The notes below the pieces were generated by a model, which saw only the letters and a program-made list of their open reading frames with translations, was not told the origin of the DNA and made no database searches. Shown in pieces: positions 1 to 10,249 of a DNA stretch of 64,000 nt; the first letter of the stretch is position 1, and each line of letters opens with the position of its first letter. The stretch is from the NCBI GenBank assembly GCA_050950505.1, contig JBMNHS010000001.1, positions 288,001 through 352,000 of the forward strand. The letters are read 5' to 3'. A program made the translations under genes and the position numbers. The DNA comes from Candidatus Methanomethylophilaceae archaeon. GTDB lineage: Archaea > Thermoplasmatota > Thermoplasmata > Methanomassiliicoccales > Methanomethylophilaceae.

Positions 1-74
1 TAACCGTCGACGGGAATTTGAACCGCGTCCTCATGGAAGGACCTGCGGAATTTGTATTCAAAGGAGAGATGTGA
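1..74 (+). CDS. dapF: 3' end of probable diaminopimelate epimerase (partial)
   Basis: Frame from nt 3 reads TVDGNLNRVLMEGPAEFVFKGEM* (TGA 72-74), resembling the DapF C-terminal MxGPAxxVFxG; abuts a DapL-like gene. Confidence 0.7.
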   Translation, partial: TVDGNLNRVLMEGPAEFVFKGEM

Positions 75-75
75 C

Positions 76-1230
76 ATGAAATACGCTCAATCAGAAAGAC
101 TCCAGAAACTGCCGCCTTATCTCTTCGTCAGATTGGAAGAACTCACTTCCAAAAAGAAGGAAGAAGGCATGGACATGATCGATTTCGGAATCGGGGATCC
201 GGATCTTCCCACCCCTCAGCCCATAGTGGAAGCGATTCAGGAAGCCATGCCCGTGAACAAAAACCAGAAGTACTCTTCGTCCCAGGGCGAAAAGGATCTC
301 CGGGAAGCCATTGCCGAATGGTACAGCCGCAGATACGGCGTGGATGTCAATCCCAAGACCCAGGTCTGCGTCACCCTCGGTTCCAAAGAAGCGATATTCA
401 ACATATCCCAGGCTTTCGTCAATCCCGGCGAAACCGTCATCGCGCCCAGCCCGGGATACCCCGTGTATTCGGGAGCCTCCGTGCTGTTCAACGAGGCCGA
501 GTGCGCAAGCGTGAACCTCAAACCGGAAAACGACTGGCTATTGGACGTCAACGACTGTCCCACGGATGCGAAGATGATGTATCTCAACTATCCGAACAAT
601 CCCACCGGAGCCACCTGCGACGTCGATTACCTCAAAGGCGTGGGAAAGTGGTGCGATGAGACCGAAACCATACTCTGCTACGACAACGCGTACTGCGAGA
701 TGTGTTACGACGGGTACGAAGCGCCCTCGGTTCTGCAGGCCACCGACAACGCCATCGAATTCGGTTCCTTTTCCAAAACGTTCAACATGACCGGATACAG
801 ACTGGGTTATGCCGTAGGACACCCCGATCTCGTTTCCGGCCTGACGAAATGCAAAGGACAGATTGACTCCGGTGCACCCATTTTCGTACAGAAAGGAGGA
901 ATCAAAGCCCTCAGCATGTACGGCGAGGACGGTTCGGTTCCCGCCGAGGTTCAGAAAAGCATGGACGTTTACGCCGAAAGAAGAACCGCCATAGTCAACG
1001 GCCTCAGGGAACTGGGATTCGACGTGAAGATGCCCAGAGGCACCTTCTACGTCTGGTTCGACTGCGGAATGACTTCCATGAAATTCACCGAGAAACTGAT
1101 CGACTGCGGAGTGGTGTTCACTCCGGGATCGGGATTCGGGGCTTCCGTTGACACTTACGTCAGAGTGGCAACGACCCAGCCTCTTGACAGAATCGAGGAA
1201 GCCTTCGAAAGAATCGGCAAAGTGCTCTGA
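76..1230 (+). CDS. dapL: PLP-dependent class I/II aminotransferase, probably LL-diaminopimelate aminotransferase
   Basis: LPPYLF, GIGDPDLPTP, NYPNNPTGA, DNAY and SFSKTFNMTGYRLG motifs; follows the dapF-like fragment. Confidence 0.8.
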   Translation: MKYAQSERLQKLPPYLFVRLEELTSKKKEEGMDMIDFGIGDPDLPTPQPIVEAIQEAMPVNKNQKYSSSQGEKDLREAIAEWYSRRYGVDVNPKTQVCVTLGSKEAIFNISQAFVNPGETVIAPSPGYPVYSGASVLFNEAECASVNLKPENDWLLDVNDCPTDAKMMYLNYPNNPTGATCDVDYLKGVGKWCDETETILCYDNAYCEMCYDGYEAPSVLQATDNAIEFGSFSKTFNMTGYRLGYAVGHPDLVSGLTKCKGQIDSGAPIFVQKGGIKALSMYGEDGSVPAEVQKSMDVYAERRTAIVNGLRELGFDVKMPRGTFYVWFDCGMTSMKFTEKLIDCGVVFTPGSGFGASVDTYVRVATTQPLDRIEEAFERIGKVL

Positions 1231-1242
1231 TTCTCCGAAAAA

Positions 1243-2472
1243 TCACTCCGAAAACTTTTTTCTGGAGTGCTTGAGGGCTTCCACCACGGGCAGAGGTCTG
1301 CCCATAAGGAAGGACTCGAGCGCTCCCCCTCCGGTGCTGGTGTAAGCGAAACTGTCGGAGAGATTGAATCTCTCGGCGGCGGCACCGGTATGTCCCCCTC
1401 CTATGACCGACTGGCCTTTGCTGTCGATCATCGCTTTCATGAGGACATGGGTTCCCACGGCGAAATCCTCTTCTTCGATCATTCCGGCGGGACCGGACAT
1501 GAAAGAAGTTCTTGAAGACTCTATGACTTTTCTGAATTTCTCCGCACTGTCGTCCCCGATGTCAAGGGCGGGTTCTTCGGTAGGCATGTCCCCCACATTG
1601 ACCGAGACGCGTTTGCCGTTCCTGTTGACGGCAACATCCACCGGCAACAGTATTTTGGAGCCGTGAACGTTCAGCACTTCTTTGGCGAGATTGAGATTTT
1701 CTTCGGTAAGTTCTTTTTTAAGTATTTTCAGACTGGATTCGCCGATGTTCACCCCTCTGGCATAAAGGAACGCGTTTCCCGCCAGTCCGGTGAGAATCAC
1801 GGTGTCGGCGGTCTGCGCGGTCAGAACGTGATCCACCATCGACGATATGTCCCCGAACTTCGCCCCGCCCAAAATGAAAACGGAAGGGCGGCGGGGTTCG
1901 TCGAATATCGCGCTCAATGCGAAAAGTTCCTTCATCATCAGCCGTCCGGACGCGGAAGGCAGACGGTCCTGGAATCCCACAAGGGAGCTTTGGGAGCGGT
2001 GGGATGCGCCGAAGGCATCGCACACGAAATAATCGAACATGGGCGCCAAGACGTTTACGATTTCGGAATTTGCCTGAACGTCCATGTCTGCTTCCACGGA
2101 TTCCGAATCGATTTCCCTGACGTTTCCCAACAGCAGAATTTCCCCCGACTTCAGGGATTGGATTGCTTGTTTGGCTTTTTCGCCGATGACGTCGTCAACG
2201 TACTTCACGGGATAATTCAGATTTTTGGAAAGACGCTCGGCATGCTGTTCCAAGGGAATGAAATCCCATTGGCCTTTTCTGCCCTGATGGGCGATAATCA
2301 CAAGCTTCGCCTGTTTTCCCACGAGCTCCCGTACCGTCGGCACCACTCTTCTTATGCGGGAATCGTTCAGTATCCTCAGTTCGTCCTTTTCCAGGGGACA
2401 ATTGATATCCACCCTTAACAGAACTTTCTTGTCCTTGAAGTTGAAATCACTGAGAGTGTGGAATTCCCGCAT
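1243..2472 (-). CDS. pgk: Phosphoglycerate kinase
   Basis: RVDINCP, AHQGR, DAFGASHRS, LGGAK, IGGGHT and STGGGA motifs. Confidence 0.97.
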   Translation of the reverse strand: MREFHTLSDFNFKDKKVLLRVDINCPLEKDELRILNDSRIRRVVPTVRELVGKQAKLVIIAHQGRKGQWDFIPLEQHAERLSKNLNYPVKYVDDVIGEKAKQAIQSLKSGEILLLGNVREIDSESVEADMDVQANSEIVNVLAPMFDYFVCDAFGASHRSQSSLVGFQDRLPSASGRLMMKELFALSAIFDEPRRPSVFILGGAKFGDISSMVDHVLTAQTADTVILTGLAGNAFLYARGVNIGESSLKILKKELTEENLNLAKEVLNVHGSKILLPVDVAVNRNGKRVSVNVGDMPTEEPALDIGDDSAEKFRKVIESSRTSFMSGPAGMIEEEDFAVGTHVLMKAMIDSKGQSVIGGGHTGAAAERFNLSDSFAYTSTGGGALESFLMGRPLPVVEALKHSRKKFSE

Positions 2473-2481
2473 AGAACGACC

Positions 2482-3501
2482 TCATCTCTTGTATGGTATT
2501 CCGAGGGATATGTTTGTTTTTCTCCTGGACTCGTTGACATCGCAGAGTTTGCACATGGATCGTATGCAATCGATGTTTTCGGGAACGACGTCGGATTCCT
2601 GGTGAACCGCCTGATAGTAATACAATGTGTTTCCGGTGGATTTGACTCCGTTTTCCCAGACAACCACTTCGTACATGTCGGACCTGTTTCTTCCCAGATC
2701 CCTTGCCAGTTCCATGATTTCCGCCGTGGACTTTATTCCCGAGGAGGTGTCCACCAGCCGCACCCTTGAAGAATTGCCTATGACTTCGAGGGCTTCCTCG
2801 GTGGTTGTTTTGTTTTTGAGTTCCAAGGTCACCGTGTGCATGTGCATGATTGTGGTCGACGCTTTGATCGCCATGGTGTTGATGTTGATCCAGGGCATGA
2901 TGCTCCTGACGTCGGGACCGTGATGGGTGGGCAGACTCACGGAAGGTTCGAGGGCGTTGATGGGGCCTCCTTTGCTGTCTCCGGGATCCGCCGCTCTTCT
3001 GACAAGGGTGACGTAAGCGTTTTCAATGCCGAATTCGCGGTCCAGGGGGAACAGGGTTCTGAGAAGTCCGGTAGTGTTGCAGGAAACCACTCTGGAAAAC
3101 TGGGCACCCCAGGATTCCTGATAATTGGCGGTCGAGTTGAACGAAGTGCCGGTGAGGCTGTGGTCTTCCCCGCCCTGGAAAATCGCTTTGACTCCCGCTT
3201 CGGCGTACATGTCTTTGTACATCTGACCCACGTTTCCAGGGGTACAGTCCACGATGATGTCGGCTTTCTCACACAGTTCTTCCACGGTTCCCTCCACAGG
3301 AACCCGGGCTTCTTCGAACAATCCCTTTCTGTCCGACGGTACGTAGAGATCGAATCCGCTCGCCCTCGCCGCGTTTACTTCGAAAGTGGGCCGGGTCTTG
3401 GTGACACCGATGACTTCCATGTCGCTCTGGGCGTCCACCGCAGAGGCAACTCTTTTTCCGATTGTTCCGAAACCGTTGATACCTACCTTGATAGCAGTCA
3501 T
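2482..3501 (-). CDS. gap: Archaeal type II glyceraldehyde-3-phosphate dehydrogenase
   Basis: GINGFGTIGKRVA, FQGGE, VVSCNTTGL, RRAADP and AVHQESDVVPENID. Confidence 0.97.
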   Translation of the reverse strand: MTAIKVGINGFGTIGKRVASAVDAQSDMEVIGVTKTRPTFEVNAARASGFDLYVPSDRKGLFEEARVPVEGTVEELCEKADIIVDCTPGNVGQMYKDMYAEAGVKAIFQGGEDHSLTGTSFNSTANYQESWGAQFSRVVSCNTTGLLRTLFPLDREFGIENAYVTLVRRAADPGDSKGGPINALEPSVSLPTHHGPDVRSIMPWININTMAIKASTTIMHMHTVTLELKNKTTTEEALEVIGNSSRVRLVDTSSGIKSTAEIMELARDLGRNRSDMYEVVVWENGVKSTGNTLYYYQAVHQESDVVPENIDCIRSMCKLCDVNESRRKTNISLGIPYKR

Positions 3502-3624
3502 GAAACACCTATTGGCAACATATGTTGCCGGTTGTACATAAAGTTCTTCCGTGGTTGCCTTATCTTCCCGTTTTCAGAAACACTATTATAAAAACTGACG
3601 CAATTACCAGTCGGAGATTATATC

Positions 3625-5298
3625 ATGAAAGGAAACAGAGCATTGCTCCAAATGCTGGAGGACAGAGGTGTAGAGACCATGTTTGGATATCCGGGAGGCA
3701 GCGTGATTTCGATTTATGACGAAATCATGGACTCCTCGATCGATCACATCCTGGTACGCCACGAGCAATGTGCCGCTCATATGGCCGACGGATTTGCCCG
3801 CGCCAGCGGAAAACCCGGCGTCTGTATAGCCACAAGCGGTCCCGGCGTCACCAACATGATTACCGGCATAGGCACCGCGTATGCGGATTCGACTCCCATG
3901 ATTGCGTTGACCGGACAGGTCGGAACCGGTTCTCTGGGACTGGGCGCATTCCAGGAAGTGGACGCCTACAGTCTGCTCATGCCCATAACGAAGCATAACT
4001 TCAGGGTTCTTGACGTTAACCGGCTTCCCCACGCCGTGGACGAAGCCTGGCAAATCTGCCAGATCGGAAGACCGGGGCCGGTTCACATAGACCTTCCTTC
4101 GGATCAGATGAACTCCGAAATAGACGAAAGTCTTCTCGGCATGACTTACGGGGTCAAACAGCCCAAAGAAGACATGTCCGAAATCAAAACAGCGGTGCAG
4201 TGGATCAAAGAAGCCCAAAGACCCGTTCTTTTGGTCGGCGGGGGTTCCATAAACGCCAACGCCGGAGACGAAGTCGTCAAACTCGCTGAGATGATTAACG
4301 CACCCGCGGTGTTCACCCTTATGGGCATCGGCGCAATGCCGACCGCCCACCCCCTGAACCTCGGCCCGCTGGGAATGCACGGAAGACTCTGCGCTCTGGA
4401 TGCTTTCAAGAACGCGGATCTGGTCATTGCCATAGGCACCAAGTTCTCCGACAGGACTTTCAGCGTGCACACAAGGTTCAGCAACAAGTGCAGAGTCATT
4501 CAGATCGACATCGACGCCACGGAATTCGAGAAACACGGAAACATGGACATCAACCTTCTGTGTGACGCGAAGAAAGGAACGCAGGCGCTGATAGACGGGC
4601 TGGCGGGCTACAAGAACAATCACGCCGCCTGGGACAAGACCTATTCCGAATACAAGACAAAATGTCATTGCAACACAGACATCAACGAAACCCCGATTGT
4701 TCCGCAGAAGATTCTCTTCGAACTGAACAAACTCATCGACAAAGATCCCGACATGATCGTCACCACCGACGTGGGACAGAATCAGATGTGGGCGATGCAC
4801 TATCTGCACGTTCACAAGCCGAGACACTTCCTGTCGTCCGGAAGTTTCGGAACCATGGGATTCGGTCTGCCTTCGGCCATAGGCGCCAAAGCCGCCAAAC
4901 CCGACAACACCGTGGTCACCATCACGGGCGACGGGGGATTCCAGATGGTTCAGCAGGAACTTGCCACCGCGGTCGCCGAAGATCTTCCGGTGGTCATCAT
5001 TCTGCTGAACAACGGATGGCTGGGTATGGTCAAACAGTGGCAGAAACTGTTCTGGGACCAAAGGTACAGCGCCACGGATTTGCGCAACGGACCGGATTTC
5101 GTCAAGATTGCCGAAGCTTACGGCGCCAAGGGACAGACGGTCGACAAACCCGGAGACATCGCCGATGCTCTGAAGGAAGCCGTCAACAGCGGAGAAACGT
5201 ATCTTCTCAACATCCATGTGGATCCCGAGGAAGACGTGCTCCCGATGCTGCCCGCGGACCCGAAGCAGTCGATGGTCAAAGGACGCTGTCCGTACTGA
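3625..5298 (+). CDS. ilvB: Acetolactate synthase large subunit
   Basis: FGYPGG, RHEQ, TSGPG, FQEVD, DVGQNQMW and the ThDP motif GDGGF...NN. Confidence 0.96.
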   Translation: MKGNRALLQMLEDRGVETMFGYPGGSVISIYDEIMDSSIDHILVRHEQCAAHMADGFARASGKPGVCIATSGPGVTNMITGIGTAYADSTPMIALTGQVGTGSLGLGAFQEVDAYSLLMPITKHNFRVLDVNRLPHAVDEAWQICQIGRPGPVHIDLPSDQMNSEIDESLLGMTYGVKQPKEDMSEIKTAVQWIKEAQRPVLLVGGGSINANAGDEVVKLAEMINAPAVFTLMGIGAMPTAHPLNLGPLGMHGRLCALDAFKNADLVIAIGTKFSDRTFSVHTRFSNKCRVIQIDIDATEFEKHGNMDINLLCDAKKGTQALIDGLAGYKNNHAAWDKTYSEYKTKCHCNTDINETPIVPQKILFELNKLIDKDPDMIVTTDVGQNQMWAMHYLHVHKPRHFLSSGSFGTMGFGLPSAIGAKAAKPDNTVVTITGDGGFQMVQQELATAVAEDLPVVIILLNNGWLGMVKQWQKLFWDQRYSATDLRNGPDFVKIAEAYGAKGQTVDKPGDIADALKEAVNSGETYLLNIHVDPEEDVLPMLPADPKQSMVKGRCPY

Positions 5299-5378
5299 CG
5301 GAGGATTTCGCGAAGCCGGAAAAACGATACCTTTTAGTCTATAAAGTAATTTGACCAGTCAATACAAGGTGTAATTCA

Positions 5379-6365
5379 ATGAAAATTTACCATGATTCGG
5401 ATGTGGACATAAACGTCCTCAAAGGAAAAACAGTCGCGGTTTTGGGTTACGGCTCCCAGGGAAGGGCTCAGGCTCTCTGTTTCAGGGATTCCGGACTCGA
5501 AGTCGTCATCGGACTCAGAAAGGGAGGAAAATCCTGGGAAAAAGCAAAAGAAGACGGATTCAAGGTTCTTGAATTCGGAGACGCCGTGAAAAACGCGGAC
5601 GTCGTCATGATGCTTTTGCCCGACGAAGTTCAGCCCAAAGTTTACAAAGAGTTCGTCGAACCCAACATCAAAGAAGGCGCGGCTCTCGAGTTCGCCCACG
5701 GATTCGCGATCATCTACGGAACCATCGTTCCCCCCAAGAATGTTGACGTCATCATGATGGCCCCCAAAGCCCCCGGTGACAAAGAAAGAGACGTTTTCGT
5801 GGAAGGATTCGGAGTTCCCGCCCTTGTCTGCGTGCACCAGGACTTTACCGGAAACGCGATGAAGACCGCGTTGGCTCTGGCCAAAGGTCTCGGTTCCACC
5901 CGTGCCGGTGTGTTCGAGACCACTTTCGAAAACGAGACCCTCACCGACCTTTTCGGCGAGCAGGCCGTCCTCTGCGGAGGCACCACCGCCCTCATCAAGT
6001 CCGGATTCCAGGTTCTTGTTGATGCGGGATATCCCCCGGAAATGGCTTACTTCGAAGTCTGCCACGAAGCCAAACTCATCGTCGATCTGATCAACGAGGG
6101 AGGATTCGAAAAGATGTGGCATGTGGTTTCCAACACCGCCGAATACGGCGGTTTGACCAAGAGGGACCTGGTCATCACCAAAGAATCCGAAGAGGGAATG
6201 AGAAAAATCCTCAAAGACATCGAATCCGGCAAATTCAGGGATGAATGGACCGCCGAATGGGATAACGACCTCAAGTACCTGAGAGAAATGGAAAACAAAG
6301 AAAAGGATCTCGGAATCGAAGTGGTCGGCAGGGAAATCAGAAAACTCTTCGAAAGAAAGAACTGA
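5379..6365 (+). CDS. ilvC: Ketol-acid reductoisomerase
   Basis: GYGSQGRAQA, LPDE, FAHGF, DLFGEQAVLCGG and VSNTAEYG. Confidence 0.97.
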   Translation: MKIYHDSDVDINVLKGKTVAVLGYGSQGRAQALCFRDSGLEVVIGLRKGGKSWEKAKEDGFKVLEFGDAVKNADVVMMLLPDEVQPKVYKEFVEPNIKEGAALEFAHGFAIIYGTIVPPKNVDVIMMAPKAPGDKERDVFVEGFGVPALVCVHQDFTGNAMKTALALAKGLGSTRAGVFETTFENETLTDLFGEQAVLCGGTTALIKSGFQVLVDAGYPPEMAYFEVCHEAKLIVDLINEGGFEKMWHVVSNTAEYGGLTKRDLVITKESEEGMRKILKDIESGKFRDEWTAEWDNDLKYLREMENKEKDLGIEVVGREIRKLFERKN

Positions 6366-6387
6366 AACTTTTGAGCCGGGTGGTGTT

Positions 6388-6765
6388 GTGAAAAAAATCA
6401 GGATCGTCACGCGAAGCGGCGAATATGCCGCCGTCCTTGACGACTCGGACATTTCCAACGCCATCTGGCTGTCTTTACCCCAAAGACCGACCGTCAACAT
6501 GATGGGCGGCGAAATTTATTTTGAAATGCCTTTGGACCCGGATACCGCGGGATCGGCCAGAATCACGGAACTTGAAAAAGGCGATGTTGCCTGGTGGCCC
6601 GGACCCCGGGCGGTAAGAATATTTTACGGATCCACGCCGTTGAGCGGAGAAGACGGTAATCCGGTTTCCTCCCATCCCGTGATCAGGATAGGTCACATCG
6701 AAAACTGCGAAGGGATTGAAGATTCCGGCGACAGGCAGAGAATTCTGATGGAACGGGAATTCTGA
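6388..6765 (+). CDS. Cyclophilin-like fold protein (TM1367/AF2241-like)
   Basis: LP...GGEIYF...GDVAWWPG...IFYGSTP pattern; GTG start uncertain. Confidence 0.65.
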   Translation: MKKIRIVTRSGEYAAVLDDSDISNAIWLSLPQRPTVNMMGGEIYFEMPLDPDTAGSARITELEKGDVAWWPGPRAVRIFYGSTPLSGEDGNPVSSHPVIRIGHIENCEGIEDSGDRQRILMEREF

Positions 6766-6908
6766 TTTGACGGTTTTATCGTCCGCTCGGCATCTTCAAT
6801 GCGTCTTAGTGTTTCTTCAGAACGAAAGCCGATTTCTTCCTGTCCTCTTCGGAAAGAACGGAATCTGCCGCGCATAATGAAAGACTTCATTGAATCCGGG
6901 AAATATTT

Positions 6909-7994
6909 TCACAGAACCGTCAGGGACTTGTCGAAGGACGTCAGTCTCTCGGCCCCGCCTTTCTTCACCAAACAGGTATCCTCGATTCTTATTCCTCCGA
7001 CGTTCGGAAGATAGATTCCGGGTTCGGCGGAAACCACATTCCCCTCTCTCAGAATCTGTTCCGATTTGCTGTAAACGGAGATTCCTTCGTGAATGTTCAT
7101 TCCCAGACCGTGACCGAAGGTATGAATCATTTTTCCTCTGAACTCTCCGGCATCGATTATCTCTCTGGCACGTACATCGGCATCCGCGGCGGAAGCACCG
7201 TCTCTGTAACACAGAAATCCTTCTTCCTGGGCTTCCCTGACGACTTCGTAAGCTCTTTTCAGAACTTCGGGAGGTTCACCGAAAAACACCGTTCTCGTCA
7301 GGTCCGAACAGTACATTGAGTATTTCGAACCGAAATCAAAAAGTGCCGTATCCCCGCGCTCAAGTTTCCGGTCCGTGGGGGAGTGATGGGGCATGGAGGA
7401 ATTCGGACCGAAGGCCGCGATGGTTTCAAAGGCGTTCCCGTCCCCTCCCCGTTCCCGCATTCTTCTGTCGATTTCGGCGGCGGCTTCCTTTTCGGTCATG
7501 CCCGCTTTGAGAATCTCCGGGATCTCCCCGGCGACGGTTGAGGTTATTTTGCAGGCTTTCCTCATGATTTCTATTTCTTTTTCGTCTTTGACCGCAACAG
7601 TCTCTTCGATGCCTTTTGTCACGTCAACGGGATTTGCGTCAGCTGTTTTTCTCACGTACTCGACGCCGGCGTAGGAAACGCTGTTGGTGTTGAATCCGAC
7701 GTTCTTGCAGCCGCGGAGAAGATCTTTCAGAATGCCGTCTCTGTGTTTCCTGTTTTCATACACATGACAGGTTCCTTTTCCCAGAGCTGCCCCTTCGGCT
7801 TCCAAAGGACTGACTATGGTGTTCAGTTCCCCGTCCCTTACGACGGCGATGCCGCCTTCGAAGGTTCCGGAAAACAATTCCGTGAGATACCAGTAAGTGG
7901 TGTCCAAGAACTGATTCTGTCCGTTCACTATCACCACCGCGTCCGCGTCCGGAGTGTTCAACGTGAGCCTTTCGGCCCGAGGCGTGCGTGACAT
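6909..7994 (-). CDS. M24 family Xaa-Pro peptidase
   Basis: PHH, DFG..YCSDLTRT, HTFGHGLG..IHE, EPGIY and GIRIED metal ligands; start moved to ATG at 7994. Confidence 0.93.
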   Translation of the reverse strand: MSRTPRAERLTLNTPDADAVVIVNGQNQFLDTTYWYLTELFSGTFEGGIAVVRDGELNTIVSPLEAEGAALGKGTCHVYENRKHRDGILKDLLRGCKNVGFNTNSVSYAGVEYVRKTADANPVDVTKGIEETVAVKDEKEIEIMRKACKITSTVAGEIPEILKAGMTEKEAAAEIDRRMRERGGDGNAFETIAAFGPNSSMPHHSPTDRKLERGDTALFDFGSKYSMYCSDLTRTVFFGEPPEVLKRAYEVVREAQEEGFLCYRDGASAADADVRAREIIDAGEFRGKMIHTFGHGLGMNIHEGISVYSKSEQILREGNVVSAEPGIYLPNVGGIRIEDTCLVKKGGAERLTSFDKSLTVL

Positions 7995-8005
7995 TTTACC
8001 GGGAA

Positions 8006-8812
8006 TCAGATTGCAATCCAGACGTTCTTGACCAGACTTCTCAAAGCATGGGAAGCCGATAAGGCCGACAGATGGGACGTTCTCGGGTTGTCGGGGGACG
8101 GGATGTTGAATGTTTGGCATTCCGCCCTTCCGAAATCTCCGCTGTACACCAGTTTGTGAGAGTTGCAGGTTGCTTCGGGATCGACCACAATGCGGACTTT
8201 GGTTTTGTCGAAACCTATTCCGAACATGCTGACCGTCGCCGCCACGTTGATGTTCTTGGGGAACAGTTTGACGGCCTCCCTTGCGGTTCCGTAGAAAACC
8301 TCGGTTCTCTCCTTGAGGTCGTCGACGACTATCCCTTTCTCAAGGACGTATTCCACGTCCTCTATGCTCTTGGGACCTTTGGTCGAGATGAGTTCGACGC
8401 TGTCCACGCCGGCTTCGATGGAGGATCTCAGACCGTCCAATCCGGATACCGCTCCCGACGGGATGTATATGCAGGCTTCGGCTTCCGACGCTTTCACCAA
8501 AACTTCCTCTCGGAAATCATCGTCCACAAGGGCCCCGACGGACATGACCATCATGTTTACCCCTCTCTCCACGACCACGGGGAGATAGGTTTTGGCGGCT
8601 TCCTGGGATGCCGCTTCGATGACAAGGTCCGAATGATAGAGTTCTTCCTCGACGGATTCCACCACAATGGCCTTTTCCGTCTTTTTCACAAGTTTTTCCG
8701 CCGCGCTGGGCTTACTGTCGAAGATGTAGATCTTGCTCACTTCAGGCATGCTGTCCGCCGTCATGGCCAGACTGGTGCCTATGGACCCGCATCCGATAAT
8801 CAGTATTCTCAT
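8006..8812 (-). CDS. nadX: L-aspartate dehydrogenase
   Basis: IGCGSIG, EAAS, SVGAL, PSGAVSGLD, FPKNINVAA and NPRTS. Confidence 0.93.
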   Translation of the reverse strand: MRILIIGCGSIGTSLAMTADSMPEVSKIYIFDSKPSAAEKLVKKTEKAIVVESVEEELYHSDLVIEAASQEAAKTYLPVVVERGVNMMVMSVGALVDDDFREEVLVKASEAEACIYIPSGAVSGLDGLRSSIEAGVDSVELISTKGPKSIEDVEYVLEKGIVVDDLKERTEVFYGTAREAVKLFPKNINVAATVSMFGIGFDKTKVRIVVDPEATCNSHKLVYSGDFGRAECQTFNIPSPDNPRTSHLSALSASHALRSLVKNVWIAI

Positions 8813-8986
8813 AATCTCTGGAATTATACGGATATATTAAGAACTTGTGTACTATCTCTTTTTAAATCCGTATATCGAAATCCCACCCTGTTTTTAATGC
8901 GGTTACAGCAAAGAAATTACGATTATCGGAACGCCCGTTTTGTTTTGTCCGAAGATTCCTTTAATGGGCCGACCCATTCGGTTGCC

Positions 8987-9394
8987 GTGCACGAGTACGA
9001 GAGGTTGGAACACACGGCGGATGCTTTCGTGAAATGTACCGGCAAGACTTTGGAAGAGTGTTTTGCCAACGCCGCATACGCAATGTTCGATCAGACTTTG
9101 GACCTGAAAGGCGTGGAACCGAAAGAAACCCTTCGCATCGAAACCGACGGCAGGGATTACGAAGAACGTCTGTACAACTTTTTATCGGAATTGCTGTTCA
9201 TCGAAGATACGGAGAGAATGTTCTTTTCCGAATTCAACGTGATGTTTGAGGATGACAGGGTGATCTGCGACGCCGCGGGCGAAGGTTTGGATTTTAACAA
9301 ACATACCGTGAGAACCGAAGTCAAAGCCGTGACGTACCACATGTTGGAAGTCAACGAAAAAGAACTTTACGTCACGGTGCTGTTCGACATATAA
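8987..9394 (+). CDS. Archease
   Basis: LEHTAD N-terminal motif and EVKAVTYH...LFDI C-terminus; real gene is the 3' part of track ORF 8072..9394 (GTG at 8987). Confidence 0.92.
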   Translation: MHEYERLEHTADAFVKCTGKTLEECFANAAYAMFDQTLDLKGVEPKETLRIETDGRDYEERLYNFLSELLFIEDTERMFFSEFNVMFEDDRVICDAAGEGLDFNKHTVRTEVKAVTYHMLEVNEKELYVTVLFDI

Positions 9395-9423
9395 TAAAAT
9401 ACAGAGATAGGAGTTAAGGGTCG

Positions 9424-10245
9424 ATGTTGAAGATAGGCTGGTTCTCGACGGGGAGAGGTCCCGGTTCAAGAAACCTGCTCAGAGCCGTAATGGATGAGAA
9501 GGAAAAAGGGAACTTGGATATCGAAATATCTTTTGTGTTCTGCAATTGGGACAATACGGAAACCGACAATCCCCGCAAAGACCAGAGAGAAATTTTCTTC
9601 GATATGGTCAAAGGATACGGCATCCCCCTGATCACATGTTCCTGGAAGAATTTCGAACCGGAACTGAGAAAGGAAGACGAACATTCCTGGAGAATCGAAT
9701 ACGGAAGACTCCTGAGGGAAGAAACCGGAAAATACGGATTCGACCTGGGAATACTTGCGGGATATATGCTCTGGATGGATGACGAAACCTGTGAAACATA
9801 CGATATGATCAATCTTCACCCCGCCCTTCCCGACGGTCCGAAAGGAACCTGGGAAGAAGTCATATGGGAACTCATGAAGGACCGTGCCGAATCCCAGGGT
9901 GCCATGATTCACCTCTGCACCGAAGAGTGGGACCGGGGGGCGCCTCTGACATACTGCGGATTTTCCATCCGCGGCGAAGAATACGATGTTCTTTGGGAAA
10001 ATTTTGAAGAAAAACTGAAAAACGACACTTTGGACGGTATCAAAAAGAAGGAAGGGACCGACGAACCCCTGTTCAGGAAAATAAGGGAAGAGGGGGCAAA
10101 ACGGGAACTTCCCCTGATTGTTTCCACCCTCAGGGCTTTTGCCGACGGCGAGGTTTGCGTCAAAGGCAAAACTCTGTACGCCGGAGACGACAGACTCGGA
10201 GAACCTTACGATCTGACGGAAGAAGTCGATGCTTCCCTGAGGTGA
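9424..10245 (+). CDS. purN: Phosphoribosylglycinamide formyltransferase (long variant)
   Basis: FSTGRG, LAGYML, INLHPALP, GAMIH and DRG formyltransferase motifs. Confidence 0.8.
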   Translation: MLKIGWFSTGRGPGSRNLLRAVMDEKEKGNLDIEISFVFCNWDNTETDNPRKDQREIFFDMVKGYGIPLITCSWKNFEPELRKEDEHSWRIEYGRLLREETGKYGFDLGILAGYMLWMDDETCETYDMINLHPALPDGPKGTWEEVIWELMKDRAESQGAMIHLCTEEWDRGAPLTYCGFSIRGEEYDVLWENFEEKLKNDTLDGIKKKEGTDEPLFRKIREEGAKRELPLIVSTLRAFADGEVCVKGKTLYAGDDRLGEPYDLTEEVDASLR

Positions 10246-10249
10246 TTCT

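Noticed and set aside
3604-5217. 537-aa antisense ORF
   Set aside because: Shadow of ilvB caused by codon bias; no motifs
8072-8986. Apparent long N-terminal extension of archease
   Set aside because: It is antisense to nadX and runs through intergenic DNA; archease begins near 8987
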